This document shows, in pieces, positions 49,036-58,340 of a DNA stretch of 64,000 nucleotides (positions are counted from its first letter, which is position 1; each line of letters opens with the position of its first letter). The notes below the pieces were generated by a model that saw only the letters and a program-made list of their open reading frames with translations, was not told where the DNA came from and did no database searches. Origin of the DNA: Myxococcota bacterium. Its GTDB lineage: Bacteria > Myxococcota_A > UBA9160 > UBA6930. Where the stretch lies: positions 512,001-576,000 of the forward strand of contig OZ245002.1 in NCBI GenBank assembly GCA_965223415.1, in the 5' to 3' direction. A program made the position numbers and the translations under genes.

Positions 49036-50583
49036 TCAGTCGGACTCGAGGCCCGGCAGGAGCACCGATCGGTGTCGGTCCATCTCCTCGGCCATGAGCC
49101 GGTGCCCGAAGGCGGTGAGGTGCACCCGGTCCCACCACAAGAACCCCTCCGCGCGGCGGGCGACCAGCGCGGCGTGCAGGTCGAGCACCGGCACCCCGTG
49201 GCGCGCGCCGACGGCGCGCAGCACCTCGTGACGCTCGCGAAGGCCCGCCAGGCTGCGCTCGCTGCGGGCCTCGATCGTGTTGGGCTCGAGCACGAGCACG
49301 GTGCGGATGTCGCGGGCGCGATTGAAGACGACGAGCGCCTCCAGGGCCTGCTCCATGGCCTCCGGGTCGCGATCGTTGTTGCCGAGGTTCACGACCACCA
49401 GCTCGGGGGCCCAGGGGCTCCAGGTCTCGGTCCAGAGCGGCAGGATCTGGGGAGCGGTGAAGGCGGGGATGCCCGTGTTGATGCACTCCACCCGCGTCCC
49501 CGCCGCCGCGTCGGCGCTCCATCGCTGCTCGAGGTGGTGCACCCAGGTGTCCTCGGGCGTCGGCGCGCCGGAGCCCCAGGTCTGGGAGCTGCCGAGGAAG
49601 ACCACCCGGCGCACGCCGGTTGGCGCGGGCTCCAGGGGGTGATCGCGCGCGAGCCGCGGAACGATCTCTCCCTCGTACTCGATGAAGTTCGCGTAGCCGG
49701 CGAAGTCCGGCGCGGCCGGGTGCAGCTTGCCCAGGTAGATCCACTCCACGCCGAGGACCAGCGCGGCGACGGCCGTCACCACGAGGTTCGTCAGCAGGAG
49801 GACGGCGTCGCTGCGGATCTCGCCGCGTTGCCGCGCCCGCCGGGAGCCGCGCCAGGCCAACGCGCCGACGCCGGCCACCAGGACGAGCGCGACGCCGCCG
49901 ACCGCCGCCGCACCGCGCCGGTTCGCGAACCGCTCCTCGACCGCGGTCCCGTCGGCCAGGACGACGCGCAGGTCGTCGACCCAGGCCTTGTCGCCGGCCG
50001 TGCTGCGTAGGGCCAGGCGAACGGGAGGGTCGAACTCGCCTCCGCAGTGGCCGAGTTCCTGGCCATCGAGGGCCGCGTGGCTGCCCCGCCAGCGAAGCCG
50101 ATGCCAGCCGGCGTCGAGCTGCCCCGCTTGCGTGCCGGGCAGGCCCCGGATGCGCTCGATGGCGCCGCCCGCGGCGACCCGCAGACAACCCCCGGGAAGA
50201 CCGGGGCTGCGGCTGAACCGGAGCGCGTCGAAGCCCCGCTGGTCGTCGCCGAGCAGTACGCTGAAGGTCCCCTCTTCCGGGAGGCGGAAGCGCAGCTCCA
50301 GCTCCGCCGGCGCGACGGGGCGTCGCAGGCGGAGCTCGTGGTGGCCGTGCCAGACCCCGAGATCGAGGCGCTCGCGAAACAGCGCCGTGCGCGTGGTCAG
50401 GAACGAGACGGAGCCGAGGATGCCGCGTGCGAGCCCGACCTTGCCGCTCTCCCAGCGACCGTTCGCGTGCAGGGTGTTGCCGAGCTGGAGCCAGGTGCGG
50501 GAGAGCAGGCTTGCGGCCAGCAGCGCCAGGAGCCCGTTCGCGATCCACAACCCGGCGCGCCCGCCACGAGCGGGCTCAGCCAC
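49036..50583 (-). CDS. Membrane-anchored SGNH/GDSL hydrolase family protein
   Basis: FLGSSQTWG, NLGNND and WDRVH blocks after TM segments. GTG start overlaps the selD end. Confidence 0.65.
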   Translation of the reverse strand: MAEPARGGRAGLWIANGLLALLAASLLSRTWLQLGNTLHANGRWESGKVGLARGILGSVSFLTTRTALFRERLDLGVWHGHHELRLRRPVAPAELELRFRLPEEGTFSVLLGDDQRGFDALRFSRSPGLPGGCLRVAAGGAIERIRGLPGTQAGQLDAGWHRLRWRGSHAALDGQELGHCGGEFDPPVRLALRSTAGDKAWVDDLRVVLADGTAVEERFANRRGAAAVGGVALVLVAGVGALAWRGSRRARQRGEIRSDAVLLLTNLVVTAVAALVLGVEWIYLGKLHPAAPDFAGYANFIEYEGEIVPRLARDHPLEPAPTGVRRVVFLGSSQTWGSGAPTPEDTWVHHLEQRWSADAAAGTRVECINTGIPAFTAPQILPLWTETWSPWAPELVVVNLGNNDRDPEAMEQALEALVVFNRARDIRTVLVLEPNTIEARSERSLAGLRERHEVLRAVGARHGVPVLDLHAALVARRAEGFLWWDRVHLTAFGHRLMAEEMDRHRSVLLPGLESD

Positions 50584-52795
50584 CGCGGGCTGCCACGGCG
50601 AAGCGGGCGCCGTCACCCCGGGCGGGCTCGACGCTTCCGATGCGGCGCGCGCCCTCGTCGCCGGCTGCGTGCAAGGCGGCCAGGGCCTCGTCGGCGTCAC
50701 CCGCGGGCACGGCGAGCAGCAAGCCCCCGGAGGTCTGGGGGTCGAAGAGCAGCTCCGCCTCGGGCCGTCCCTTGGCGCGCGCGTCCCACGCCAGGCCGCG
50801 CCGGCCTTCGGCGTTCTGCTCGTGGAAGCTGCTGCGCACACCGGCGGCCAGCAGCGCGGTCGCGCCGGGCAGCGCGGGCAGTGCGTCGACGTCGACCGTC
50901 GCCGCCTGCTTGCCCGCGTCGAGCATCTCGGCCAGGTGTCCCGCGAGGCCGAAGCCCGACACGTCGGTGGAGGAGCGGGCGAAGCGCAGCGCGACCTCGG
51001 CCGCCGCTGCGTTGGAGCGCACCATGTGGCGGAGCGCCGCCACGAGCCACGGGCCGCGGGCGCGGCCTTGCATGTCCGCGGCGAGGACCACGCCGGTGCC
51101 GAGTGGTGCGGTCAGGAGCAGCGCGTCGCCGGGCCGGGCCGTGGACAGGGGAAGCGGCCCCGGCCCGCTGGCATCGCCGGTGACCGACAGGGCCACGAAG
51201 AGCTCGGGCCCCTGGGTCGAGTGGCCGCCGACCAGGCTCACGCCCAGCGGATCGAGCGCGGCGCGCAGGCCCGACAGGACCTGGAAGAGGGTCTCCTCGG
51301 CCCGGTCCGCGTCCTCTTCGGGAACCGTCACCAGGGCGAGGGCGTGGCGGGGCGTGCCGCCCTTCGCCTGCACGTCGCTCACCGCGTTGACGGCCGCCAC
51401 CCGGCCGACCCACCACGGATCGTCGGTGAAGGCGCGGAAGCCGTCAACGGTGGCCAGCACCACGTCGCCGGCGGGCGTACGCAGGGCGGCCGCGTCGTCG
51501 GGTGCGTCGAGGCCGACCACCACCCGCTCGTCCGACGGGGCGGGCGCGAGGCGGGCCAGGGCCCTCGCAAGAGGGCTCGCGCCGACCTTCGCCGCGCATC
51601 CTCCGCAGGGCATGTCCTCCATTCCCATCTCCTCGGGCGTCGGGAACGGCGCCGCGGGCGCGCCCTCGGGACCGAGCACCTGGAAGCGCTCCATGAAGCG
51701 GCGATCGATGCGGTCCTTCCATCGCCACACCCAGGGGCCCGAGAAGGCGAAGCCCCACTTCCCGCCCAGGGCGCGCCCGCCCCCCAGGTTGAGGAGCGCG
51801 AGGAAATCGCGCTGGGGCCGGTGGGTGCGGAGCGGCCGGCCCTGCAGGGCCGCGCGCAGGTTCGCATCGAGGGTCGGGCCCGCGCGCACGGCGTGGACGC
51901 CCGCCTTCGGAACCCACGGGTGGTCGACGAAGGAGGCGCAGTCTCCGGCGGCGAAGAGCGCGTCCTCGCCTTCGACCCGGAGGTCCGACGTCACCCGAAG
52001 GAAGCCGGCCGCATCCTTCGGGAGGTGCGAGGCCGCGAGGAGCGGCACGGGCGCTGCTCCGGTGGCCCAGACCACGAGCTCCGCCGGGAGGACCTGGCCG
52101 TCCTCGAGTCGCACGCCGTCGGCCTGCACGGCGGAGACGCGAGCGCCGGTGCGCAGCTCGATACCACGAGCCACCGCCTCCTGCTCGGCACGTCGCCGCA
52201 GGCGAGCCGAGGAGCCCGGCAGCAGCGGATCGTCACTCAGGAGCTGGACCGCGGGCTCGAGCCCGGCGGCGCGGCAGCGCGCGTCCAGCGAGAAGGCCAG
52301 CTCGGTGCCCGCGGCGCCGCCACCGACGATCAGCACCCGCGGCCGGCCGACGGCGCGGAGGCGGCCCAGGACGGCGTCGACGCGGCCGACGAAGTCGGCG
52401 ATCGGGCGGGTGGCGAGGGCGTGCTCGCGGACACCGGGAAGATCGGCGCCCCGCACCGTGCTGCCCACGTCCAGGCTCGCCACGTCGTAGCGGATGGGCG
52501 CGCGGCCCTCGAGCGCGATGGAACGGGTGGCGGGGTCGATCCGCGTCGCCGCTGCGAGGATCACCCGGGCCCGGGCGCGCCGGGCCAGGGGGACGACGTC
52601 GATCTCCGCTTCGGCGGCGCCGTAGTCGCCGGCGACAACGCCGGGAACCATGCCGGAGTAGAGCGCGACCGGCCGGTCGAGCACGACGCTGAGCCGCACG
52701 TCGGGAAGCGGGTCCATCATCCAGCGACGCAGGACCTGGACGTGGGCGTGGCCGCCGCCGACCAGCATGAGGTCGGCACGGGGCGTAGCGTTCAT
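50576..52795 (-). CDS. selD: Selenide, water dikinase fused to an N-terminal pyridine nucleotide-disulfide oxidoreductase domain
   Basis: GGGHAH, YSGMVPG, GGGAAG and AAGDCA, then CGGCAAKVG, DDAA, NAVSDV, GGHS, TDVSGFGLAGHL and DPQTSGGLL. Confidence 0.9.
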   Translation of the reverse strand: MNATPRADLMLVGGGHAHVQVLRRWMMDPLPDVRLSVVLDRPVALYSGMVPGVVAGDYGAAEAEIDVVPLARRARARVILAAATRIDPATRSIALEGRAPIRYDVASLDVGSTVRGADLPGVREHALATRPIADFVGRVDAVLGRLRAVGRPRVLIVGGGAAGTELAFSLDARCRAAGLEPAVQLLSDDPLLPGSSARLRRRAEQEAVARGIELRTGARVSAVQADGVRLEDGQVLPAELVVWATGAAPVPLLAASHLPKDAAGFLRVTSDLRVEGEDALFAAGDCASFVDHPWVPKAGVHAVRAGPTLDANLRAALQGRPLRTHRPQRDFLALLNLGGGRALGGKWGFAFSGPWVWRWKDRIDRRFMERFQVLGPEGAPAAPFPTPEEMGMEDMPCGGCAAKVGASPLARALARLAPAPSDERVVVGLDAPDDAAALRTPAGDVVLATVDGFRAFTDDPWWVGRVAAVNAVSDVQAKGGTPRHALALVTVPEEDADRAEETLFQVLSGLRAALDPLGVSLVGGHSTQGPELFVALSVTGDASGPGPLPLSTARPGDALLLTAPLGTGVVLAADMQGRARGPWLVAALRHMVRSNAAAAEVALRFARSSTDVSGFGLAGHLAEMLDAGKQAATVDVDALPALPGATALLAAGVRSSFHEQNAEGRRGLAWDARAKGRPEAELLFDPQTSGGLLLAVPAGDADEALAALHAAGDEGARRIGSVEPARGDGARFAVAARGG

Positions 52796-52896
52796 CGAAG
52801 GCGGCCGTCCTCGGGCATCGGGCAAGGGGTAGCGCATTGGACGCCCCGCGAGGGTCGAGTAGCCTGGGCGCCCCCCTTGGAGGAGCATTCGCGCCG

Positions 52897-54357
52897 ATGG
52901 ATCCCCGAACTCCGGTCCTTGTGGGTGCGGCTGCGGTGATGCAGCGGGAGGACGATCCCTCGCGCGCCCGAGAGCCCCTCGACCTGATGGAGCGGGCGAT
53001 CCGCGCCGCCGCCGACGATGCGGGCAGCGTCGCGCTGCTGGAGCGGGCCGGGTGGATCGGCACGCCGCGCGGGTTCTGGGACTACGCGGATCCGGGAAGA
53101 GCCCTCGCCGAGCGCGTCGGCGCGACGAGCGCCGGCTCGATGCTGGCGGAGATCGGCGTGCTGCAGACGACGCTCTTCGGGGCCGCGGGACGGGACATCG
53201 CCCGGGGCCGCGCCGACGTGTGCATCGTCACCGGGGGCGAGGCGAAGTACCGGAGCCTCCGGGCGCAGATCGGCGGCGGCGAGGCGGGGCTGTCGCCGGC
53301 TCCCGGCGTGCCCGACACCGTGCTGCGTCCCCAGGACGACATCATGCACCCGCTCGAGCTGCAGCACGGGCTCGCGATGCCGGTGAAGCAGTACGCGATG
53401 ATCGAGAACGCCCTGCGCATCGCCGAGGGGCAGCGCGTCGATGCGCACCGGGACGAGGTCGCGACGATCTGGGCGGGCATGAGCGAGGTCGCGGCAAAGA
53501 ACCCGGATGCCTGGGTGCGCGGCGCCCTCTCCCCCGCGGAGGTGCGCGGGGCGGGGGGGCGCAACCGGATGCTCGCCTTCCCCTACACCAAGCTCCACAA
53601 CTCCCAGTGGAATGTCGACCAGGCCGCGGCGTTGATCCTCTGCGCCGCCGAGACCGCCTCCGCCCTGGGCATCCCGGAGGAGCGCCAGGTGGTGCTGCGC
53701 GGCGTCGCAGACTCGAACTTCATGCTCCCGCTGTGCGAGCGCGAGGCGCTGCACCGCTCGGCGGGGTTCGCGGCGGCCGGTAGGGCCGTGCTGGAGAGTG
53801 CGGCCTTGTCGGCGGGCCAGATCGACCACCGGGAGCTCTACAGCTGCTTCCCCAGCGCCGTGCGGGTGCAGCAACGGGAGCTCGGTGTGCCGCGGGAGCT
53901 GCCGGTCACGGTCACCGGCGGCATGACCTTCGCCGGGGGTCCGCTGAACAACTTCGTGCTGCAGGCGGCGGTGAAGATGGCCCAGGTGCTGCGGGCCGAT
54001 CCGGGCTCCCTCGGAATGGTGAACGCCGTGAGCGGTATCCTCACCAAGCAAGGCGTGAGCCTGTGGTCCACAGCGGCGGGGCCGCCGTTCGTCTTCCACG
54101 ACGTGAGCGTCGAGGCCGAAGCCGGGACGCCGCGGGTGGAGCTCGTGGCGGGGGTCGACGCCGACGCGACGATCTGCACCTACACGGTCGAGTACGACGG
54201 CGATGCGCCGAGCCGCGGCGTCGCCCTGTGCGAGCTCGAGCCCGGCCGCCGCACCCTCGCCACCACCCCCGACCGGGAGCTGACTGCCGCCCTCACCACC
54301 ACCGACCTCGGCAGCCGCACCGTCCGCATCCACGCCGACGGAACCTTCACAACTTAA
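52897..54357 (+). CDS. Thiolase-like protein (acetyl-CoA acetyltransferase family)
   Basis: GGAGGAG RBS. PRTPVLVG, NVDQAAA, ELYSCFPSAV and TVTGGMTFAGGP motifs. Confidence 0.8.
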   Translation: MDPRTPVLVGAAAVMQREDDPSRAREPLDLMERAIRAAADDAGSVALLERAGWIGTPRGFWDYADPGRALAERVGATSAGSMLAEIGVLQTTLFGAAGRDIARGRADVCIVTGGEAKYRSLRAQIGGGEAGLSPAPGVPDTVLRPQDDIMHPLELQHGLAMPVKQYAMIENALRIAEGQRVDAHRDEVATIWAGMSEVAAKNPDAWVRGALSPAEVRGAGGRNRMLAFPYTKLHNSQWNVDQAAALILCAAETASALGIPEERQVVLRGVADSNFMLPLCEREALHRSAGFAAAGRAVLESAALSAGQIDHRELYSCFPSAVRVQQRELGVPRELPVTVTGGMTFAGGPLNNFVLQAAVKMAQVLRADPGSLGMVNAVSGILTKQGVSLWSTAAGPPFVFHDVSVEAEAGTPRVELVAGVDADATICTYTVEYDGDAPSRGVALCELEPGRRTLATTPDRELTAALTTTDLGSRTVRIHADGTFTT

Positions 54358-54383
54358 CAAACGGAACCGGCCCCTAACTTAAC
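54351..54383. repeat. 8-bp direct repeat AACTTAAC flanking a 17-bp spacer
   Basis: AACTTAAC at 54351-54358 and 54376-54383. Each copy contains the TAA stop of one of the two convergent genes. Confidence 0.6.
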
Positions 54384-56283
54384 GCGGGGTGTACCAGATG
54401 GGGGAGGTCCAGGCGCGTTCCTGGAGCTTGGGGCGGTGCTGGTCGGAGCAGCAGGGGGCGAGGGCGTCGGGGATGGACGCGGGGTCGGCGCAGTCGACGC
54501 CGGCGGCGTTGCAGACGTACTGGCTCCAGCGGCAGGTCGGATCTTCGAGCACGCGGGCGTAGTAGAAGGCGCCCTGGGCCGGGTCGAAATCGGGGTCGGT
54601 CCAGACGCTGCACAGGGTGTCGGAGCCGGCGCTGCCGGTGGGCTGGCAGGTGGCCAGGTCCACGTCGGCCCCGCCCTCCCCGCCCGCGACCAGCACCACC
54701 TTCTCGTGGGCCTCGTCGCCCTCCACCCATCCCTTGACGATCTGGATGCGCTCCAGGGGGCGCGCAGCGGAGGCGGCGTCGCGCATCGCCCAGACGGCCA
54801 GGGTCGGCGCGCCGGCGCCGTCAGGGCGCTCCGGAAGGTCGGCCCCCATCGGGACGCCGTCGGCGTAGCCCCGGGCCACGAAGTCCTCCCGCTCGCAGAG
54901 GTCGGCGGGATAGTCCCAGCCGCCGAAGAAGCGCACCTGCGGACGCGTCCCGCTGGTGGCGTAGGCCTCGCGGCGCTGCATCGCGGAGAAGAGCGCGTCG
55001 CGGCTGTTCTCCGCGGCCCAGAGCACCGCCAGGCCGCCGGGCCCGAACTCGAAATCGTCCGGGAAGCCGTAGGACGCCGCCTCGTGGGCGCCGATCCCGG
55101 CGCCCCCGTGACCGGGGTGACCTTCCTCTGCCACCTGGCCGGGCGCCGCGATGTGCGAATCGGTGCTGCCGATGAAGCCGAACTGGAAGGGGTTGGCACC
55201 GTGCCGGCGGGCGACGAGCAGGCCCTGCTTGAGTGCGTCCCGCGCGAAGTTGCTCGCGGCGGGCACCTGCTCCGAGACGAACATCGACATCTTCGCCCCG
55301 AAGCGGTCGTAGGGCAGCTTCTCGAAGCCGCAGGCCTCATCGTCGGTCCAGCCTGCGGCGATATCGCACTCGCTCTCGCCCTTGTGCTGCACCAGCTCGA
55401 CCAGGGGCTCCCAGCGCGAGCGCCGCCGCGCCTCGTCGACGCCGATCTCCATGCCTTCGTCCTCGGGCGAGGTGATGCCCGCGGACTGGAAGATCAGCCC
55501 GCCGGAGATGTTCGAGTTGTGGGGAATGGTGAGCGCATCGCAGCCCGGCTTCCCCTCCACGCACTCGGCCTGGAGCCGATCCCACAGATCGAGGGCCGAC
55601 GGTGTGTCCACCCAGCTGACCGGCATGTCCGGGACCTTCTCGTTGCGGAAGATCACGTTGCGGTGGAGGTTCTGACCCTCCCCCACCGTGCCCGTCCACT
55701 CGTAGCCGACGAAGCTGGTGAACGAGCAGGCCGCGGTTCGGTCGTAGGCTTCTTCCGCGGCGTCCCGGATCTCGCCCCAGACGATGCCGCGCTGCTCGGC
55801 GCAGCGGGCGCCGTCGTCCCCGCACAGGCCCCAGCGCGTCTTCGCGACCAGGGTTCGGCTCGCGATCAGGAGACGCGCGAGGGAGGGGAGGTTCCGGTGG
55901 GCGATGCAGGCCGGGTGCCAGTAGCCGTCCATCCCCTCGGTCATGCACACGCGCACCGTGCCGAGCAGCTCCGAGTGGTCGCTCAGCGCGGTCCAGTCGA
56001 GGGGCCGATCGAGCTGGATCGTCCGTGTCGCCTCCCCGCGCTCGTCGTAGGGCTGGATGCCCATCGGCTCGCCCCTGGCGAAGCGGTAGGCGTCCCGCGG
56101 CGTGTTGCGGGTGTCCTGGGTGCTGGCGTCGAAGGAGTAGGCGGTGTGCACGTGGGTGTCGCCGAAGAAGGGCCGGCGCAGCGGATCGTGCTGGGCGCAA
56201 GCCTCTCGGTGTTCCGTGCGCTCGAAGGCCGCGCCGGAAGTGGCGAGCAGCACGACCATGGAGGCGGCCATGATCCCGCGCAT
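54379..56283 (-). CDS. DUF3604 domain secreted protein (PHP-like metallohydrolase)
   Basis: FGDTHVHTAYSFDA, SDHSE, GYEWT, NLHRNVIFR, IPHNSN, GSTDSH and ERAWTSPIWY motifs. Confidence 0.85.
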   Translation of the reverse strand: MRGIMAASMVVLLATSGAAFERTEHREACAQHDPLRRPFFGDTHVHTAYSFDASTQDTRNTPRDAYRFARGEPMGIQPYDERGEATRTIQLDRPLDWTALSDHSELLGTVRVCMTEGMDGYWHPACIAHRNLPSLARLLIASRTLVAKTRWGLCGDDGARCAEQRGIVWGEIRDAAEEAYDRTAACSFTSFVGYEWTGTVGEGQNLHRNVIFRNEKVPDMPVSWVDTPSALDLWDRLQAECVEGKPGCDALTIPHNSNISGGLIFQSAGITSPEDEGMEIGVDEARRRSRWEPLVELVQHKGESECDIAAGWTDDEACGFEKLPYDRFGAKMSMFVSEQVPAASNFARDALKQGLLVARRHGANPFQFGFIGSTDSHIAAPGQVAEEGHPGHGGAGIGAHEAASYGFPDDFEFGPGGLAVLWAAENSRDALFSAMQRREAYATSGTRPQVRFFGGWDYPADLCEREDFVARGYADGVPMGADLPERPDGAGAPTLAVWAMRDAASAARPLERIQIVKGWVEGDEAHEKVVLVAGGEGGADVDLATCQPTGSAGSDTLCSVWTDPDFDPAQGAFYYARVLEDPTCRWSQYVCNAAGVDCADPASIPDALAPCCSDQHRPKLQERAWTSPIWYTPR

Positions 56284-57329
56284 CAGGCGCCCTCGCGGAT
56301 CATCGTCACCGCGGCGTCGGCGAGCCCGTCCACCTGGGCGCGGAACGCATCCGTGTCGGCGCCGCTCCCCATCACGCCCTTCAGGTAGCGGGCGAGGACG
56401 CCCTCGACGATCGCCGCCAGGCGCCAGTACTGGAACGCCCGGTAGTAGCTCACCTGGGAGACGTCGCGGCCCGTCCGCTCGGTGTAGCGGGCGAGGAACT
56501 CGGCGCGGGTCGGAAAGCCGCCGCAGGCGGTGGGCGAGATCGCCGCGCCGCGGGCCGTCGGCCCCTCGTCCCCGGGCTCGGCCCAGTTGTTCATGATGTA
56601 GCCGACGTCGGCCATGGGATCGCCGAGGGTGCAGAGCTCCCAGTCGAGCACCGCCGCCACCTGCCCTTCGGCCCGGGAGAGCATGTTGCCGAGGCGGTAG
56701 TCGCCGTGGACGATTCCGGCGCCCACCTGCTCGGGCATCCGCGCCTCGAGGGCCAGGGCCACCTCCTCCATGGGCGGGAGCTCCCGGGTCTTCGTCTTCT
56801 CCCACTGGGTGCGCCAGCGCTTGATCTGGCGCGCCAGGTAGCTCTCCTTGCGCCCCAGGTCGCCGAGGCCGATCGCGTCGGGATCCAGGGCGTGGAGGTC
56901 CGTCAGCACCTCGATCACGTGCTCCCCGAGTCGCCGGCGGGCGGGCTCGTCCAGGATCTGCGCCGCCTGGCGCGCATCGGTGAGGACGTGCCCTTCGACG
57001 AAGGCCATCACGTAGAAGGGCGCGTCGTTGACGCTCTCGTCCTCGCAGAGGCCCAGGGCCGGAGGCACCGGCACCGACGTGGGGCCGACCGCCGAAATGA
57101 TCCTGTGCTCGCGGGTCATGTCGTGGGCGGTCGCGATGACGGCGCCGAGGGGCGGACGGCGCAGCACGTAGGCCCGCCCCGCAGCGTCCAGGACCTTGTA
57201 GGTGAGGTTCGAGTGGCCGCCGGTGATCAGCGAGAAGGAGAGCGGCGGCTTCACGTCGGGGACGTGGCTCTCGAACCAGGCGGTCACGTTCTCGGCGTGG
57301 ATGCCCTTCACGGGTTCCGGATCCGTCAT
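56283..57329 (-). CDS. Phosphotransferase family protein (APH/ACAD10-11 N-terminal-like)
   Basis: GGHSNLTY, VLRRPP, HGDYRLGN and LDWELCTLGDP motifs. Confidence 0.9.
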   Translation of the reverse strand: MTDPEPVKGIHAENVTAWFESHVPDVKPPLSFSLITGGHSNLTYKVLDAAGRAYVLRRPPLGAVIATAHDMTREHRIISAVGPTSVPVPPALGLCEDESVNDAPFYVMAFVEGHVLTDARQAAQILDEPARRRLGEHVIEVLTDLHALDPDAIGLGDLGRKESYLARQIKRWRTQWEKTKTRELPPMEEVALALEARMPEQVGAGIVHGDYRLGNMLSRAEGQVAAVLDWELCTLGDPMADVGYIMNNWAEPGDEGPTARGAAISPTACGGFPTRAEFLARYTERTGRDVSQVSYYRAFQYWRLAAIVEGVLARYLKGVMGSGADTDAFRAQVDGLADAAVTMIREGA

Positions 57330-57339
57330 GGCGCCGACG

Positions 57340-58323
57340 CTAGCTCGAAGGCTTCTCCCCCGCGAAGAACGCCCGCGGATTGTCCACCAGAAGCCGCTCG
57401 ATCTGGGCCTTGCTCGCCCCGCCCTCGCGAAGCTGCGGAACGATCCGCTCGAAGAAGTGGCTGGGGTTCCAGACCCGGGTCGCCTCCGCGTACATCTCCG
57501 GCGGGAAGGGCTGACCGCGCCAGCACCAAACCGAGTCGTGGGACACCACCACGTGCCCCTCGGCGCCGGCCTCGAGCAGCTTCAGCAGCGCGCCGACGCG
57601 CTCGGCATCCGGGTGGATCATCTCGATGCCGAAGCGGTCGAAGCCCAGGTAGGAGCCGCCGCGCACGAGCTTCATGTGATAGTCGTGGTCTGCCGTTCCG
57701 CAGGAATGCCCGATGATGATCCGGTGGGGCGGCACTCCGTTCTCGGTGAGGATGCGCTGCTGCTCATCGCCCATCGTCCCGGCGTCCGTGTGGGTCGTGA
57801 TCGGCGCGCCGGTCGCCACCGAAGCCTTCGCGGCCGCCGTGAGCACCTGCTCCTCGTACTCGGTCACCTTCCCCGGCCCGGTCGCGACCTTGATGATCCC
57901 GGCCCGCACCCCGGTCTCGCCGATGCCCTCGGTGAGCTCCTTCTCGAAGAGCTCCGCCATCATGTCGACGACCGGCCCGAAGTTCGAGCGGAAATGCCAG
58001 TACGGCACGCCGCCCTCGCTCTGCTTGTAGAGCCCGGTGGCGCAGATGATCTGGAAGCCGGTGCGCGACGCCATCTCCGCCATGAACTCGACGTCGCGCC
58101 CCAGATCCGCCGGACACGGGTCGAGCAGCGACACCACCCCGTGATCGCGGATCTCGGCGACGCGGTCGGTCACTGCCGCCCGCATCTCGTCCCGGCTCGG
58201 CCCGGGATGGATCGTGTCCGATTCCCAGCCCGGGTAGCCGATCAGCAGGTGCTCGTGCATGAGCGTCCGCCCCAGCTCCTCGGGTGAGATGGGGCCGGTG
58301 ACGGTCTGGATCTCCTGGGCCAT
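57340..58323 (-). CDS. Phosphotriesterase-like lactonase family protein
   Basis: TLMHEH, IIKVAT, TTHT, IGHS, FDRFG and SHD motifs. Confidence 0.9.
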   Translation of the reverse strand: MAQEIQTVTGPISPEELGRTLMHEHLLIGYPGWESDTIHPGPSRDEMRAAVTDRVAEIRDHGVVSLLDPCPADLGRDVEFMAEMASRTGFQIICATGLYKQSEGGVPYWHFRSNFGPVVDMMAELFEKELTEGIGETGVRAGIIKVATGPGKVTEYEEQVLTAAAKASVATGAPITTHTDAGTMGDEQQRILTENGVPPHRIIIGHSCGTADHDYHMKLVRGGSYLGFDRFGIEMIHPDAERVGALLKLLEAGAEGHVVVSHDSVWCWRGQPFPPEMYAEATRVWNPSHFFERIVPQLREGGASKAQIERLLVDNPRAFFAGEKPSS

Positions 58324-58340
58324 GGCGCTTCCTCCGCCGC

